NCBI GenBank assembly: GCA_035063785.1
Contig: JAPSFS010000008.1
Coordinates: forward strand, 76,212 to 140,211
Length of the DNA: 64,000 nt
Source: Comamonadaceae bacterium
GTDB lineage: Bacteria > Pseudomonadota > Gammaproteobacteria > Burkholderiales > Burkholderiaceae_C
Direction: 5' to 3'
Part shown: positions 1 through 9,916 of the stretch, one piece after another
How positions within the stretch are numbered: the first letter of the stretch is position 1
How the letters are laid out: each line of letters opens with the position of its first letter
Notes under the pieces: generated by a model
The model's database searches: none
What the model was told of the DNA's origin: nothing
Seen by the model: the letters and a program-made list of their open reading frames with translations, nothing else
Position numbers and translations under genes: made by a program

Positions 1-179
1 TCACCGATGTAAAACTTGAGCTTGGCGCTCCCATAGCGCTTGCGCATGTCGTCCTGTTTCTTCTCGTCGCGACTGAACACACGAATCTCCGTAATCTCCG
101 ATCCCAGAAACCGCCGAAGTACCGCATTCCCAAACGAACCCGTCCCCCCAGTGATCAATAATTTCTTGCCTTCGAACAT
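1..179 (-). CDS. Polysaccharide biosynthesis SDR, UDP-GlcNAc 4,6-dehydratase (CapE/FnlA/WbjB-like), N-terminal fragment; the gene runs off the window edge
   Basis: Reverse translation from the ATG (complement of 177-179) gives MFEGKKLLITGGTGSFGNAVLRRFLGSEITEIRVFSRDEKKQDDMRKRYGSAKLKFYIG. It has the Rossmann motif TGGTGSFG and the SRDEKKQ motif typical of this subfamily. The DNA is low-GC. Confidence 0.75.
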   Translation of the reverse strand, partial: MFEGKKLLITGGTGSFGNAVLRRFLGSEITEIRVFSRDEKKQDDMRKRYGSAKLKFYIG

Positions 180-180
180 C

Positions 181-1437
181 TCAACTCCTCTGTCCCAAAC
201 CCAGATTATCCGCAAACATCCTCATTTTCCGTCCGAGCGCTTCCTGAGAAAACTCATTCCTGACATAGTCCCTCCCCCTGGCTGCTCTCTCATGCAAGCT
301 GGCGCGATCCGATTTCATAGCACAAATAATAGCGTTCCCGATACCTTTAGCGGTTTCATCTTCAATAAAATTAAAATACGCCTGCATTTCCGCTGGAATC
401 GTTGGAATGCGTGTGGTAAGTACGGGGCACCCCGTGGACAGATATTCAATCAATTTTGAGGGGAACGACAGAGAAACAAACGAAGCATCCGTAGGTCTTG
501 GATTGACCAATAGATCTGCAGACAAAAATTCCGGTATCAATACCGCAGTATCCACGAAGCCGCCATAAACAATCCTCTTGTCATGCTTCGCCGCATCAAC
601 AATCGACCGCTCCTGATCGCCACGACCGAACAGTTTCAACCGCACAGCAATTTTTGGATCTAGTCCCCGTATCGCCTCCAACAAACGATCAACGCCATAA
701 CGAGCATTTAGCCCCCCTGCATAAACTATAGTAAACTCGTCATTGCCTTCGGTTTTGTGATCTATATCTTGAACCGCCAGCCGGCTGAATTCACCCTCCA
801 GGATTCCCGGAAATACCAAATTTGGAGAATCTGCCGCCAATTTTTCCACCAAGCCCGGTGCCAACGCCACAACTCCCGCACAACGGCGCAATAACCTCCG
901 TACAAGATATGTATCCACCATCTTAAGACTGCGGGATAAAAATCCGTCCGTTGGCAAAATTACTCCCGGTGGATCAGTCAATACCGCTATCGTACGGACT
1001 CCAAGGCATCGGACGAGCGTCGCAAAAAAAAGATACGGCGAGTGAACACCATGCAAATAAATCAATTTCACGCGCCGAACATGAATATATGGAGCCAACG
1101 TGATCACACAAGAAACAAACCGCGTTACATGCTTAATGCCAAGAATATTCACGAAGGCCAACATTAGTCCCGGCATGCCATCAATTTCAAATTTTTTTCC
1201 AGCAAAAAAAATTTTTCTTCCCAGAGGATAATTTTGTATCGGACAGGTCGACGCAAGTAGCAAAGTAGAATACGCAATTCGCAGGGCTCCAATACAGCTC
1301 AATCCAAATTTTTGCGTCTGTATCGCTGGTTGAGTGTCCAATTTGAATACACGATCGGCCATCGATCGCGGCATCACATAACCTAGCCACAGAACTGCGG
1401 GCTCATCCACCTCACAACCGACGCCATCAACAGTCAT
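181..1437 (-). CDS. Group 1 (GT4-like) glycosyltransferase
   Basis: ORF 181..1464. The C-terminal half has a GT-B signature (VYAGGLNARYGVDRLLEA..., FPSKLIEYLSTGCPVL E-x7-E-like). Start is uncertain: ATG at 1437 (MTVDG) or 1374 (MPRSM); the track start at 1464 is TTG. Low-GC. Confidence 0.75.
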   Translation of the reverse strand: MTVDGVGCEVDEPAVLWLGYVMPRSMADRVFKLDTQPAIQTQKFGLSCIGALRIAYSTLLLASTCPIQNYPLGRKIFFAGKKFEIDGMPGLMLAFVNILGIKHVTRFVSCVITLAPYIHVRRVKLIYLHGVHSPYLFFATLVRCLGVRTIAVLTDPPGVILPTDGFLSRSLKMVDTYLVRRLLRRCAGVVALAPGLVEKLAADSPNLVFPGILEGEFSRLAVQDIDHKTEGNDEFTIVYAGGLNARYGVDRLLEAIRGLDPKIAVRLKLFGRGDQERSIVDAAKHDKRIVYGGFVDTAVLIPEFLSADLLVNPRPTDASFVSLSFPSKLIEYLSTGCPVLTTRIPTIPAEMQAYFNFIEDETAKGIGNAIICAMKSDRASLHERAARGRDYVRNEFSQEALGRKMRMFADNLGLGQRS

Positions 1438-2599
1438 CTCGATCCCGGAAATAGAATGCGGCAACCGCCGGCATCAGCCAGACGGATTGGCTAGCAAACG
1501 TAATAATTACGATCATCGCGACACCGAGGCGGCGCAAGTTATTAACCAACAATAACAACCACAGTATCGCCACCGTTAGAAACCCATATCTTTGCCCAAT
1601 CTGCAACACCGAATCCCACCCCCCGAGATCATTGAGGGCCAATACCTCATCATAGAGTCCATTTCCTAGGCCAAAGAGCACATCGAACCAGTTGCGATCG
1701 AAAAAATCAAAATATCTCGCATAGCGCAAATCAAACGATGCGCTCCCCACCAACTTGTTATCGATCTGATATTCTATCTGCCCCCAAGCATAATATACGA
1801 TCAAAGGCGCGACCATGACCAGACCCAGCAACAGAATTCTTGGTCGTACATACACGAGCATGAACAATCCAAGCAAAAATATTCCAGCGGTACTTTGCGT
1901 CAGAGCCATCGCAACGATGTACAAGACAGATTGCCAGTCCAAGCGCCCTTCCCGCCTTGACATCCGGAACCACAGCGCCCACAAATAAAACATTGACACA
2001 AGACCGGGTTCACTTGCGAACCCGGTAAACCTGCGGATCAACAACCCGTCCACATACAAAAAATTCACAAATCCCATCGTACGGTGCACATACGGACCGT
2101 ACGTATATTCAGGCAGGATTTCAATGATATTCGGATATGCCATCGCAACCACATATATCGGAAGACCAATCATGGTGGCATAGAATATCATCCTCTCATT
2201 GACATACAGGATATCGGCTTTGGAAATCAGAGTAACCACAACAAACGAAATCGACATCGTCGCCCAAAATCCGAAACTTTTCCACCCATACACGTGACCA
2301 TGAATCGCATCCACCACTGCCACGTGAACCACAAAAACCCACGTGACAATCAGCAGCGACAATACTGCTCCAACCGACGTTTCTATACCGTTACGATTGA
2401 TCAGGATCAGCGCGAGCACGATGGCAGCTGCTGCTGCGGTCTTCATGGCGCCCTCGAAAAGGGGGCTCGCACTCGCGAATATGATCCCACCAATCAAAAT
2501 CGCCCTTACCAGAGCCACTGCAGCCTCTGGCCGCGCCCCGCGACGCGCGGAAAATTCAGAACCAATGGGAGTCACAACTTCAACTCGCGCCACATTCAA
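1427..2599 (-). CDS. Polytopic membrane protein, O-antigen polymerase (Wzy)/O-antigen ligase-like
   Basis: 390-aa very hydrophobic ORF with many predicted TM segments, lying between the flippase and the GT in a polysaccharide locus. The track start is TTG, so the true start is uncertain. The call rests on context and topology only. Confidence 0.5.
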   Translation of the reverse strand: MNVARVEVVTPIGSEFSARRGARPEAAVALVRAILIGGIIFASASPLFEGAMKTAAAAAIVLALILINRNGIETSVGAVLSLLIVTWVFVVHVAVVDAIHGHVYGWKSFGFWATMSISFVVVTLISKADILYVNERMIFYATMIGLPIYVVAMAYPNIIEILPEYTYGPYVHRTMGFVNFLYVDGLLIRRFTGFASEPGLVSMFYLWALWFRMSRREGRLDWQSVLYIVAMALTQSTAGIFLLGLFMLVYVRPRILLLGLVMVAPLIVYYAWGQIEYQIDNKLVGSASFDLRYARYFDFFDRNWFDVLFGLGNGLYDEVLALNDLGGWDSVLQIGQRYGFLTVAILWLLLLVNNLRRLGVAMIVIITFASQSVWLMPAVAAFYFRDRDDC

Positions 2600-3909
2600 G
2601 CAGCGTTTATAGTCATTTGAAGATCAATAATTTTTTTCAGAATTACAATATACACAACGGAACTGATTACCCCTCCCACCGTCATCAAACCCATAAACTC
2701 CAAAAAACCGCACTTTGTCGCTCGACCCACAATGAACGCCACCACCATCATGACCAGTGATACGCCATCCGCAATCAACTTATATTCCTGCTTTTGAAGC
2801 ACGGAAAGTGCCCTGCTTAATGAGATAACCACCAGCGTCGCATAGAACCAGGGTGCGATCACTGCAGCCACGTTTCCAGATTGTTTCCAATTTTCACCGA
2901 AAATTGGTTGCATGGCCCACGGCGCAATCAGCACAATCGCGATCAATGGCAACAAACCGAAAACCGCCATTTTCTTGATCACGGAATAAAACAGATGGCG
3001 CGCACGTTGCCGGTCTCCACTCTGCACTGCACCTGCCAATTCCATCTGAAACACGTCCGCGGCAGCTGCACCGATCTGCGCATTTGGTGCCCCGACGATC
3101 ATTCTCGCGAGTCCGAACCACCCGGCTTCGACCGGCCCATACAGCGCAACGATCATCGGAACTGGTAGCACAAGTGTCAGGGCATCCAGCCAAGTCGCCG
3201 GCACTTCAAAAACGGGGAATTTATGATATTTAAAAATGATTCTCTTTACGTGAATCCAACTAGTACGCCGTGGCTTACTCGACGAAAAATACTGACTCGT
3301 AGCACGTTTCAATCTAAAAAGTGACGCATAAGATCCAACCAACTCCGCCACGAACAACCCCAATACACCCCAACTCGCCGCACCCAACGCGATCTTGACG
3401 CCAGAATTGACCCCCGCTCGCACAATCGTGGCCCTTGTCAATTCAGATATCAATCCAGCACGCAGTGCCCACGCTCGGGTTGCCATAAATGCCCCATAAC
3501 CGAATAGCATGGGAACCATCAAGATCGGAGACCAATCCGGTACCATGTCGAATCCGAACACATGATAGGTCTTGAAAGCCCATAGCAAAGGCAGGCCAAT
3601 AGCGGAGGTTATTGCGACAAGAACCAATATGAATTCATATAGATAATGGGACTCCTCATCATCTTCGGCTATCAGCAACGCATTTTCATATCGCAAGGAA
3701 AGCGTTGATGCCCACCAAAAAAAAAATGATAGGAATAATGCGATAATTCCCATCTGTTCAGGCGTATACAGCCTGGTTACTACAGGCATCGCACAAACGG
3801 TGATGATCTGCCCGGCTGCCGTTCCACCAGCCAACACGCCCACCTTACGCAGGAGGGAATGCTGAGGCGCAAACCGACCCACCAATCTTTCAAACCAACG
3901 TGCAGGCAT
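2596..3909 (-). CDS. Oligosaccharide/O-antigen flippase (Wzx, MOP superfamily-like)
   Basis: 437-aa multi-TM ORF. Its N-terminus (LLRKVGVLAGGTAAGQIITVCAMPVVTRLYTPEQMGI) is typical of Wzx-type flippases. It overlaps the next gene by 4 nt. Low-GC. Confidence 0.65.
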   Translation of the reverse strand: MPARWFERLVGRFAPQHSLLRKVGVLAGGTAAGQIITVCAMPVVTRLYTPEQMGIIALFLSFFFWWASTLSLRYENALLIAEDDEESHYLYEFILVLVAITSAIGLPLLWAFKTYHVFGFDMVPDWSPILMVPMLFGYGAFMATRAWALRAGLISELTRATIVRAGVNSGVKIALGAASWGVLGLFVAELVGSYASLFRLKRATSQYFSSSKPRRTSWIHVKRIIFKYHKFPVFEVPATWLDALTLVLPVPMIVALYGPVEAGWFGLARMIVGAPNAQIGAAAADVFQMELAGAVQSGDRQRARHLFYSVIKKMAVFGLLPLIAIVLIAPWAMQPIFGENWKQSGNVAAVIAPWFYATLVVISLSRALSVLQKQEYKLIADGVSLVMMVVAFIVGRATKCGFLEFMGLMTVGGVISSVVYIVILKKIIDLQMTINAA

Positions 3910-4062
3910 TCGGGGTGCGAGTGGTTGTGGAAATCACACAATTTTCTCATTCACGGCATTATTGTGCGATCCGTGCAGTCGATGATCAAGTTCAGTTCAC
4001 AGACCACGAAGCCAGGTAAATGTTGGCCACCAGACCGATCTATTCCACTGGATCCACATCCA

Positions 4063-4608
4063 TCAAGGGAGTTCGGCCAAGCGAAACACCGGCAATCTTT
4101 GATCCTTTTCCGAAACGACCAAATCCTTCTTCACCGGCCAATCAATTGACAGTTGCATGTCGTTCCAAATAACTCCACGTTCTGCCCCTGGCACGTAATA
4201 ACCAGTAGTTTTGTAAAGAAAATCGGCCATGTCGCTGAGCACGACAAAGCCATGCGCGAAGCCGGGCGGGATCCAGAGCTGGCGCCGGTTGTCCTCGGAA
4301 AGTTCCTCGCCCACCCACTTGCCGAACGTGGGCGAGCCCTTGCGGATGTCCACGGCCACGTCCCAGACGGCGCCGCGCACCACCCGCACCAGCTTGCCCT
4401 GGGCGTGGGGCGGTAGCTGGTAGTGCAGGCCGCGCAGCACACCGCGTCTGGAGCGGCTGTGGTTGTCCTGCACGAACTGGTGGCTGGTGCCGGTGGCCTC
4501 GTTGAAGGCCTGCTGGTTGAAGCTCTCAAAAAAGAAGCCGCGCGCGTCGCCAAGGACTTTCGGCTCGATCAACAAAACGTCAGGGATGGCGGTGGGCGTC
4601 ACCTTCAT
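4063..4608 (-). CDS. rfbC: dTDP-4-dehydrorhamnose 3,5-epimerase
   Basis: [31 protein letters not shown]...LRGLHYQ...[10 protein letters not shown] is a classic RmlC cupin. The ATG is the complement of 4606-4608. The longer 413-aa track ORF is an upstream read-through artefact. Confidence 0.92.
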   Translation of the reverse strand: MKVTPTAIPDVLLIEPKVLGDARGFFFESFNQQAFNEATGTSHQFVQDNHSRSRRGVLRGLHYQLPPHAQGKLVRVVRGAVWDVAVDIRKGSPTFGKWVGEELSEDNRRQLWIPPGFAHGFVVLSDMADFLYKTTGYYVPGAERGVIWNDMQLSIDWPVKKDLVVSEKDQRLPVFRLAELP

Positions 4609-5525
4609 CGCGCCGCCCCCCCTTTCGCCCCCCGGGACGCGAGCGAGGCGCCCGCGTACAGGCCGCGCAGGTACTGGCCATAGGCGTTCTTGAGCAGCGG
4701 CTGGGCGAGTTTTTCGAGCTGGGCCGAATCGATCCAGCGCTGGCGCCAGGCGATTTCCTCGGGGCAGGAGACCTTCAGACCCTGGCGCTGTTCGATGGTG
4801 GAGATGAACTGGCTCGCGTCGAGCAGGCTCTCGTGCGTGCCGGTGTCGAGCCACGCATAGCCGCGGCCCATGAGCTGCACGCTCAACTGGCGCTGCTGCA
4901 GGTACAGGCGGTTGAGGTCGGTGATCTCCAGCTCGCCGCGCGCCGAGGGCGTGAGGGTCTTGGCGAGGTCGACCACCTGCCCGTCGTAGAAATACAGCCC
5001 GGTGACGGCGTAGTTGGATTTGGGCGCCTTGGGCTTTTCCTCGATCGAGAGCACACGGCCCACGCCGTCGAACTCGGCGACGCCGTAGCGCTCGGGGTCG
5101 GTCACGTGGTAGGCGAACACGGTGGCGCCCTGTTCCTGCGCATCGGCGCGGGCAAGCAGTTGCTGCAGGTCGTGGCCGTAGAAGATGTTGTCGCCCAGCA
5201 CCAGCGCACTGGGCGCGCCCGCGAGGAACTGCTCGCCGATCAGGAAGGCCTGCGCGAGCCCGTCGGGACTGGGCTGCACCGCGTACTGCAGGTTCAGCCC
5301 CCACTGCCGGCCGTCGCCGAGCAACTGCGTGAAGCGCGGCGTGTCCTGCGGCGTGCTGATGACGAGGATGTCGCGGATGCCCGCGAGCATCAGCGTGCTC
5401 AGCGGGTAGTAGATCATGGGCTTGTCGTACACCGGCAGCAATTGCTTGCTGATGGCGAGCGTCGCCGGGTGCAACCGTGTGCCGGAGCCGCCGGCGAGGA
5501 TGATGCCTCTGCGTGCCTGGTTCAT
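4605..5525 (-). CDS. rfbA: Glucose-1-phosphate thymidylyltransferase
   Basis: [56 protein letters not shown] is the RmlA signature. It overlaps rfbC by ATGA. Confidence 0.93.
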   Translation of the reverse strand: MNQARRGIILAGGSGTRLHPATLAISKQLLPVYDKPMIYYPLSTLMLAGIRDILVISTPQDTPRFTQLLGDGRQWGLNLQYAVQPSPDGLAQAFLIGEQFLAGAPSALVLGDNIFYGHDLQQLLARADAQEQGATVFAYHVTDPERYGVAEFDGVGRVLSIEEKPKAPKSNYAVTGLYFYDGQVVDLAKTLTPSARGELEITDLNRLYLQQRQLSVQLMGRGYAWLDTGTHESLLDASQFISTIEQRQGLKVSCPEEIAWRQRWIDSAQLEKLAQPLLKNAYGQYLRGLYAGASLASRGAKGGAAR

Positions 5526-5551
5526 GGCGCTATTCGTAGGGTGGTTGTCCG

Positions 5552-6418
5552 TCACGATTTCAGGCCGAGTGCCGCACGCAGGCGGCGCAGCGCATCGGCC
5601 TGCTGCGCGTCGTCGCGCGCGCCGCGCAGGCCCTGGCGCACGAAGACGAAGAACAGCAGCAGCATCCCCACGGCCAGCGCCGCGATGATGGCGACCAGGG
5701 CCTTCCTGGGTTTCACAGGCTTGTCGGGCAGCGTGGGTTGCTGGATGAGGTTGTCCTTGGTCAGGCCGACCAACTGGCTTTGCAGATCGGCGATCTGCAA
5801 TGCGCGAAGGCCATTGGCGTTCTGCAGCTCCGCGTACAGCCGCGCCGCGCCGTCGCTGATCTGCCCCGCCTGCAGTTGCTGGGCTGCGGATCGCTCCAGC
5901 ACCGCGCTGGCGGCCAGCGCCTCCTGCAGGGCCTTGAGCTGGGTCTGGATACGTGCGGCGTCCACACCCGTCGGCACGGTGAGCGGATACGTCCGAACGA
6001 GCACTGCCTCGTTCAGGCGCTGCGCCTCCTCGGCGGTCGGTGCTCGGGTGGTGAGCGTCACCAGGTCGTCCTGCCTGCCAACCACCGCATGGACGCGCTG
6101 CTGCATGCGTTCCAGGCGTTGCGATCCACCCACCTGCTGTTCCAGACCGAGGTCCTTGGCGACGGCCTCCAGGACGTCGGCTGAGCGCACTGCACCACTG
6201 ACCACCTGCGGCTTGATCTTGCCCGTCTGCAGCACGGACACACTCTCATAGGTCGGCGGCCAGACATAGGCCACCCCGAGGGCCACGAGGCCCGCGACCA
6301 GGGGGCCGAGGATCAGGAGCTTGAGGTTTTCGGCAACGACGGCCAGCAGTTCGAGCAGGCTGATGTCGTCCGCGTCGTCGTGCGCGGTGGGTGGGAGCAG
6401 TTCAGCGGAATCCGGCAT
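5552..6418 (-). CDS. Wzz-like polysaccharide chain-length determinant (PCP family)
   Basis: The N-terminus is Wzz-like ([25 protein letters not shown]...YESVSVLQ). It has a coiled-coil-like middle and a C-terminal TM segment ([22 protein letters not shown]). Confidence 0.6.
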   Translation of the reverse strand: MPDSAELLPPTAHDDADDISLLELLAVVAENLKLLILGPLVAGLVALGVAYVWPPTYESVSVLQTGKIKPQVVSGAVRSADVLEAVAKDLGLEQQVGGSQRLERMQQRVHAVVGRQDDLVTLTTRAPTAEEAQRLNEAVLVRTYPLTVPTGVDAARIQTQLKALQEALAASAVLERSAAQQLQAGQISDGAARLYAELQNANGLRALQIADLQSQLVGLTKDNLIQQPTLPDKPVKPRKALVAIIAALAVGMLLLFFVFVRQGLRGARDDAQQADALRRLRAALGLKS

Positions 6419-6448
6419 GGATGAATCGACAGAAAAGGGGCAGGCGGG

Positions 6449-7339
6449 TCACAGAATCTCCGCCAGCATGCGCGCCACGCCCTGCTGCCATGGCGGCAGC
6501 GCAAGGCCGAAGGTGGATTGCAGCCTGGCGCAGTTCAGGCGCGAGTTGTGCGGGCGGGTGGCGGGGGTGGGGAAGGCGCTCGTGGGCACGGGCGCCACCT
6601 CAATTGCTTTGATTTCGAGAGCTGGCCGCGCTTGTCTGGCCTGCTCCAGCACGTAATTTGCATACGCATGCCAGTTCGTCTCGCCTGCGGCCACGCAGTG
6701 GTACAGGCCGACGTCTTCGGGGCGCTGGCGCAGATGGCGGATGGCGTGCGCGGTGACGTCGGCGAGCAGGTCGGCGCCGGTGGGCGCGCCCCACTGGTCG
6801 TCGATCACCGTCAGGCGCTCACGTTCCTGCGCAAGGCGCAGCATGGTCTTGGCGAAGTTGCCGCCGCGCGCGGCGTAAACCCAGCTCGTGCGCAGGATGA
6901 GGTACGGGCAGCCCGATTGCGCGATGACTTGCTCGCTCTCCCACTTGGTGCGGCCATAGACCGAGAGCGGCGCGGGGGTGTCGGTCTCGACCCAGGCGCG
7001 CGTGCCGCTGCCGTCGAAGACGTAGTCGGTGCTGTAGTGCACGAGCAGCGCGCCCAGGCGCGCGGCCTCTTCGGCCAGGCGCCCGGGGGTGGTGGCGTTG
7101 AGCAGGCGCGCGCGCTCGGGCTCGCTTTCGGCCTGGTCCACCGCCGTGTGGGCGGCGGCGTTGACGATGACGTCGGGGCGCAGCGCGCGCACGGTCTGGG
7201 CAACGCCGTCGGGGTTGGAGAAGTCGCCGCAGTGTTCAGCGCTGTCAAAGTCGAGCGCGTTGACGCTGCCCAGGATGGACAGGCTGCGCTGCAGCTCCCA
7301 GCCGACCTGGCCGCCCTTGCCGAAAAGCAGGATGTTCAT
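6449..7339 (-). CDS. rfbD: dTDP-4-dehydrorhamnose reductase
   Basis: [20 protein letters not shown]...YSTDYVFDG...YGRTKWESE has RmlD motifs. The ATG is the complement of 7337-7339, overlapping the rfbB stop. Confidence 0.9.
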   Translation of the reverse strand: MNILLFGKGGQVGWELQRSLSILGSVNALDFDSAEHCGDFSNPDGVAQTVRALRPDVIVNAAAHTAVDQAESEPERARLLNATTPGRLAEEAARLGALLVHYSTDYVFDGSGTRAWVETDTPAPLSVYGRTKWESEQVIAQSGCPYLILRTSWVYAARGGNFAKTMLRLAQERERLTVIDDQWGAPTGADLLADVTAHAIRHLRQRPEDVGLYHCVAAGETNWHAYANYVLEQARQARPALEIKAIEVAPVPTSAFPTPATRPHNSRLNCARLQSTFGLALPPWQQGVARMLAEIL

Positions 7340-8397
7340 GCGTTCTCGTACTGCCTGGCGAGCCACTCGCGGTAGGCGCCGCTTTGCACCTGCGCGACCC
7401 ATTCGGGGTGCTCCAGATACCACTGCACCGTCTTGCGGATGCCGGTCTCGAACGTTTCCGCCGGGCGCCAGCCGAGCTCGCGCTCGATCTTGCCGGCGTC
7501 GATGGCGTAGCGCCGGTCATGTCCGGGGCGATCCTTCACATGGGTGATCTGCACCGCGTAGGGCTGGCCGTCGGCGCGCGGGCGCAGTTCGTCGAGCAGC
7601 GCGCAGATGGTCTGCACGATGGCGAGGTTGGTCTTTTCGTTATGGCCGCCGATGTTGTAGGTCTCGCCGGGCGTGCCGCTTTCCAGCACGCGACGGATGG
7701 CGCTGCAGTGGTCTTTCACGTAGAGCCAGTCGCGCACCTGCAGGCCGTCGCCGTAGATGGGCAGCGCCTTGCCCGCAAGCGCGTTGAGGATCACGAGCGG
7801 GATGAGTTTTTCGGGGAAGTGCAGCGGGCCGTAGTTGTTGCTGCAGTTGGTGGTGAGCGCCGGCAGGCCGTAAGTGTGGTGCCAGGCGCGCACGAGGTGG
7901 TCGCTCGCGGCCTTGCTGGCCGAGTACGGGCTGTTGGGCTCGTAGGGGTTGGTCTCGGCGAACGCCGGGTCGGTGGGCGCGAGCGTGCCGTAGACCTCGT
8001 CGGTGGACACGTGCAGGAAGCGAAACGCTGCGTTTTCGGTAGCTGGCAGCGCTTGCCAGTAGTGCCTTGCGGCCTCCAGCAGCCTGAAGGTGCCGAGGAC
8101 ATTGGTCTGGATGAAATCCTCGGGGCCGTGGATCGAGCGATCGACGTGGCTCTCGGCCGCGAAATGCACGATGGCGCTCGGACGATACCGCGCGAGCAGC
8201 GCGTCCACCAACGCACGGTCGCCGATGTCGCCCCGCACGAAGGTGTGGCGCGCGTCGCCGCGCAGGCCGTCCAGGTTGTGCAGGTTGCCCGCGTAGGTGA
8301 GCTTGTCGAGCGTAAGGACGGGTTCATCGCCGTGCGCGAGCCAGTCGAGAACGAAGTTGGCGCCGATGAAACCGGCGCCGCCGGTAACGAGGATCAT
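7336..8397 (-). CDS. rfbB: dTDP-glucose 4,6-dehydratase
   Basis: [20 protein letters not shown]...[12 protein letters not shown]...[15 protein letters not shown] has RmlB motifs. Confidence 0.93.
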   Translation of the reverse strand: MILVTGGAGFIGANFVLDWLAHGDEPVLTLDKLTYAGNLHNLDGLRGDARHTFVRGDIGDRALVDALLARYRPSAIVHFAAESHVDRSIHGPEDFIQTNVLGTFRLLEAARHYWQALPATENAAFRFLHVSTDEVYGTLAPTDPAFAETNPYEPNSPYSASKAASDHLVRAWHHTYGLPALTTNCSNNYGPLHFPEKLIPLVILNALAGKALPIYGDGLQVRDWLYVKDHCSAIRRVLESGTPGETYNIGGHNEKTNLAIVQTICALLDELRPRADGQPYAVQITHVKDRPGHDRRYAIDAGKIERELGWRPAETFETGIRKTVQWYLEHPEWVAQVQSGAYREWLARQYENA

Positions 8398-8453
8398 GCG
8401 AGGGAAGGGGTTTGCTGGGGAACCACGGGGTGGATTATCCCATCGCACCCTTT

Positions 8454-9224
8454 TCAGCCCGTAACAAAACGCCGCACGGCGATTTCCAGCAGACCGTCGA
8501 AGATCAGGTTTTCCACGAGTTCGAACGGGCGCGTCATGCTCGGCATCATCTTCCAGCCCGCGCCGCCGGTCATGATGCACGCGGGCTCCTGCCCGGTATG
8601 CTGCAGCAGGTGCTGGTAGATGCGCTCCACCGCGCCGGCGATCGCGTAGGTGCCGCCGCTCGTGAGCGCGTCGCTCGTGTTCGTCGGAAAGGGTCGCACC
8701 TCGCCCGTGGGCACGTGCAGGCCCGCGGTGCCCATTTCAAGCGCGCGCAGCATGATGCCGTGGCCCGGCAGGATCAGGCCGCCGAGAAAGCGCCCGTCGG
8801 CGTCCAGCGCCTCCACCGTCACCGCCGTGCCCACCATCACGAGCACCAGCGGGCGCGGCGGGCCCTGCGCCAGCACGTGGTGGCGCGCGCCGATCATCGC
8901 CACCCAGCGGTCCGCGCCCAGGCGCGTGGGGTGGTCATAGCCGTTGATGACGCCGGCCTCCTCCTGGCTCGAAACCACCCACTGCGCCGAGACGTCCCAG
9001 GCGTCCATCTGCTCTTCCACGAGGTGCTTGACCGCGTCGCTCGCGACGACGCAGCCGAACACCTGGCTGGGCGCCGCGATCTGCGCCCACGCGCCGTCAG
9101 CCAGGCGACCGATGTGGTCGAGGAATTCGGCGCCCTGGGCCAGCGGCGCGACGCCGGACTGCATCGCATCGAACAGCGCCCACTTCAGGCGCGTGTTGCC
9201 CACGTCGATCGCGAGGAAGCTCAT
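8454..9224 (-). CDS. coaX: Type III pantothenate kinase
   Basis: [19 protein letters not shown]...GADRW...GTA..V has CoaX/Baf family motifs. Confidence 0.88.
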   Translation of the reverse strand: MSFLAIDVGNTRLKWALFDAMQSGVAPLAQGAEFLDHIGRLADGAWAQIAAPSQVFGCVVASDAVKHLVEEQMDAWDVSAQWVVSSQEEAGVINGYDHPTRLGADRWVAMIGARHHVLAQGPPRPLVLVMVGTAVTVEALDADGRFLGGLILPGHGIMLRALEMGTAGLHVPTGEVRPFPTNTSDALTSGGTYAIAGAVERIYQHLLQHTGQEPACIMTGGAGWKMMPSMTRPFELVENLIFDGLLEIAVRRFVTG

Positions 9225-9359
9225 GCGGCGGATTATCTTGAATTTCCGCCGCCGGGAAACCCGCCTCGCGCAGGCCTGCCATCGCGTGCTGATCGGCGGG
9301 CCGCGGCGGGGTTGCCGCTATAGTCCCCAGGTTTCAACGCAACCCAAGGAGCGGAAATC

Positions 9360-9848
9360 ATGGGCCTGTTCAGTTTCATCAAGGAAGCCGGGGAAAAGCT
9401 GTTCGGCGGCAGCAGCGCGCAGGCGGCGGGCAGCGGCGCGGCGACGCAGGAAGACCTCAACGCCAAGGCAGGCAAGGCGATCGAGGCCTACATCGCCGCG
9501 CAGAACCTGGGCGTAAGCGGCGTGCAGGTGGCGTTCGACGGCGCCTCGGGCCACGTGACGGTGACCGGCACCGCGCCGACGCAGGCGGCCAAGGAGAAGG
9601 TGACGCTGTGCTGCGGCAACGTCTCCAGCGTGACCGGCGTGGACAACCAGATGAGCGTGACCAACCCCGAGCCCGAGGCGCAGTACCACGACGTGGTGCG
9701 CGGCGACACGCTCAGCGCGATCGCCAAGAAGTTCTACGGCGACGCCAGCAAATACCCGGTGATCTTCGAGGCCAACAAGCCCATGCTCACGCACCCGGAC
9801 AAGATCTACCCCGGCCAGAAGCTGCGCATTCCGCCGCTGGCCAAGTAA
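9360..9848 (+). CDS. BON + LysM domain protein (Kbp/YgaU-like)
   Basis: The N-terminus is MGLFSFIKEAGEKLFG. A BON-like segment (VQVAFDGASGHVTVTGTAPTQAAKEKV) is followed by a C-terminal LysM (YHDVVRGDTLSAIAKKFYGD...IYPGQKLRIP). Confidence 0.85.
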   Translation: MGLFSFIKEAGEKLFGGSSAQAAGSGAATQEDLNAKAGKAIEAYIAAQNLGVSGVQVAFDGASGHVTVTGTAPTQAAKEKVTLCCGNVSSVTGVDNQMSVTNPEPEAQYHDVVRGDTLSAIAKKFYGDASKYPVIFEANKPMLTHPDKIYPGQKLRIPPLAK

Positions 9849-9865
9849 TCCAAACCAAGCATCAA

Positions 9866-9912
9866 AAGGGCTGCCCGCGCTTGCCCAACAAGCGCTGGCA
9901 GCTCTTTTTTTG
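9866..9912. repeat. Palindromic repeat family, copy A (intergenic; acts as a bidirectional rho-independent terminator)
   Basis: GGGCTGCCCGCGCTTG-cccaa-CAAGCGCTGGCAGCTC forms a 14-bp stem with 1 mismatch. It is followed by T7 (9905-9911) on the + strand and by CCCTTTTGA on the - strand. It lies between convergent kbp-like and DUF45 genes. Confidence 0.8.
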
Positions 9913-9916
9913 TGAT

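Noticed and set aside
4609-5304. Upstream extension of the rfbC ORF to 413 aa
   Set aside because: The extension overlaps rfbA in another frame and is Arg/Pro/Ala junk. The conserved RmlC sequence begins at [11 protein letters not shown] (ATG 4608), with an ATGA overlap to rfbA.
9225-9252. Hairpin GCGGCGGA-N12-TCCGCCGC just upstream of coaX
   Set aside because: It has a short 8-bp stem, a large loop and no flanking signals. Its position (5' of coaX, far 5' of the kbp-like gene) gives no clear role. It was noted only.
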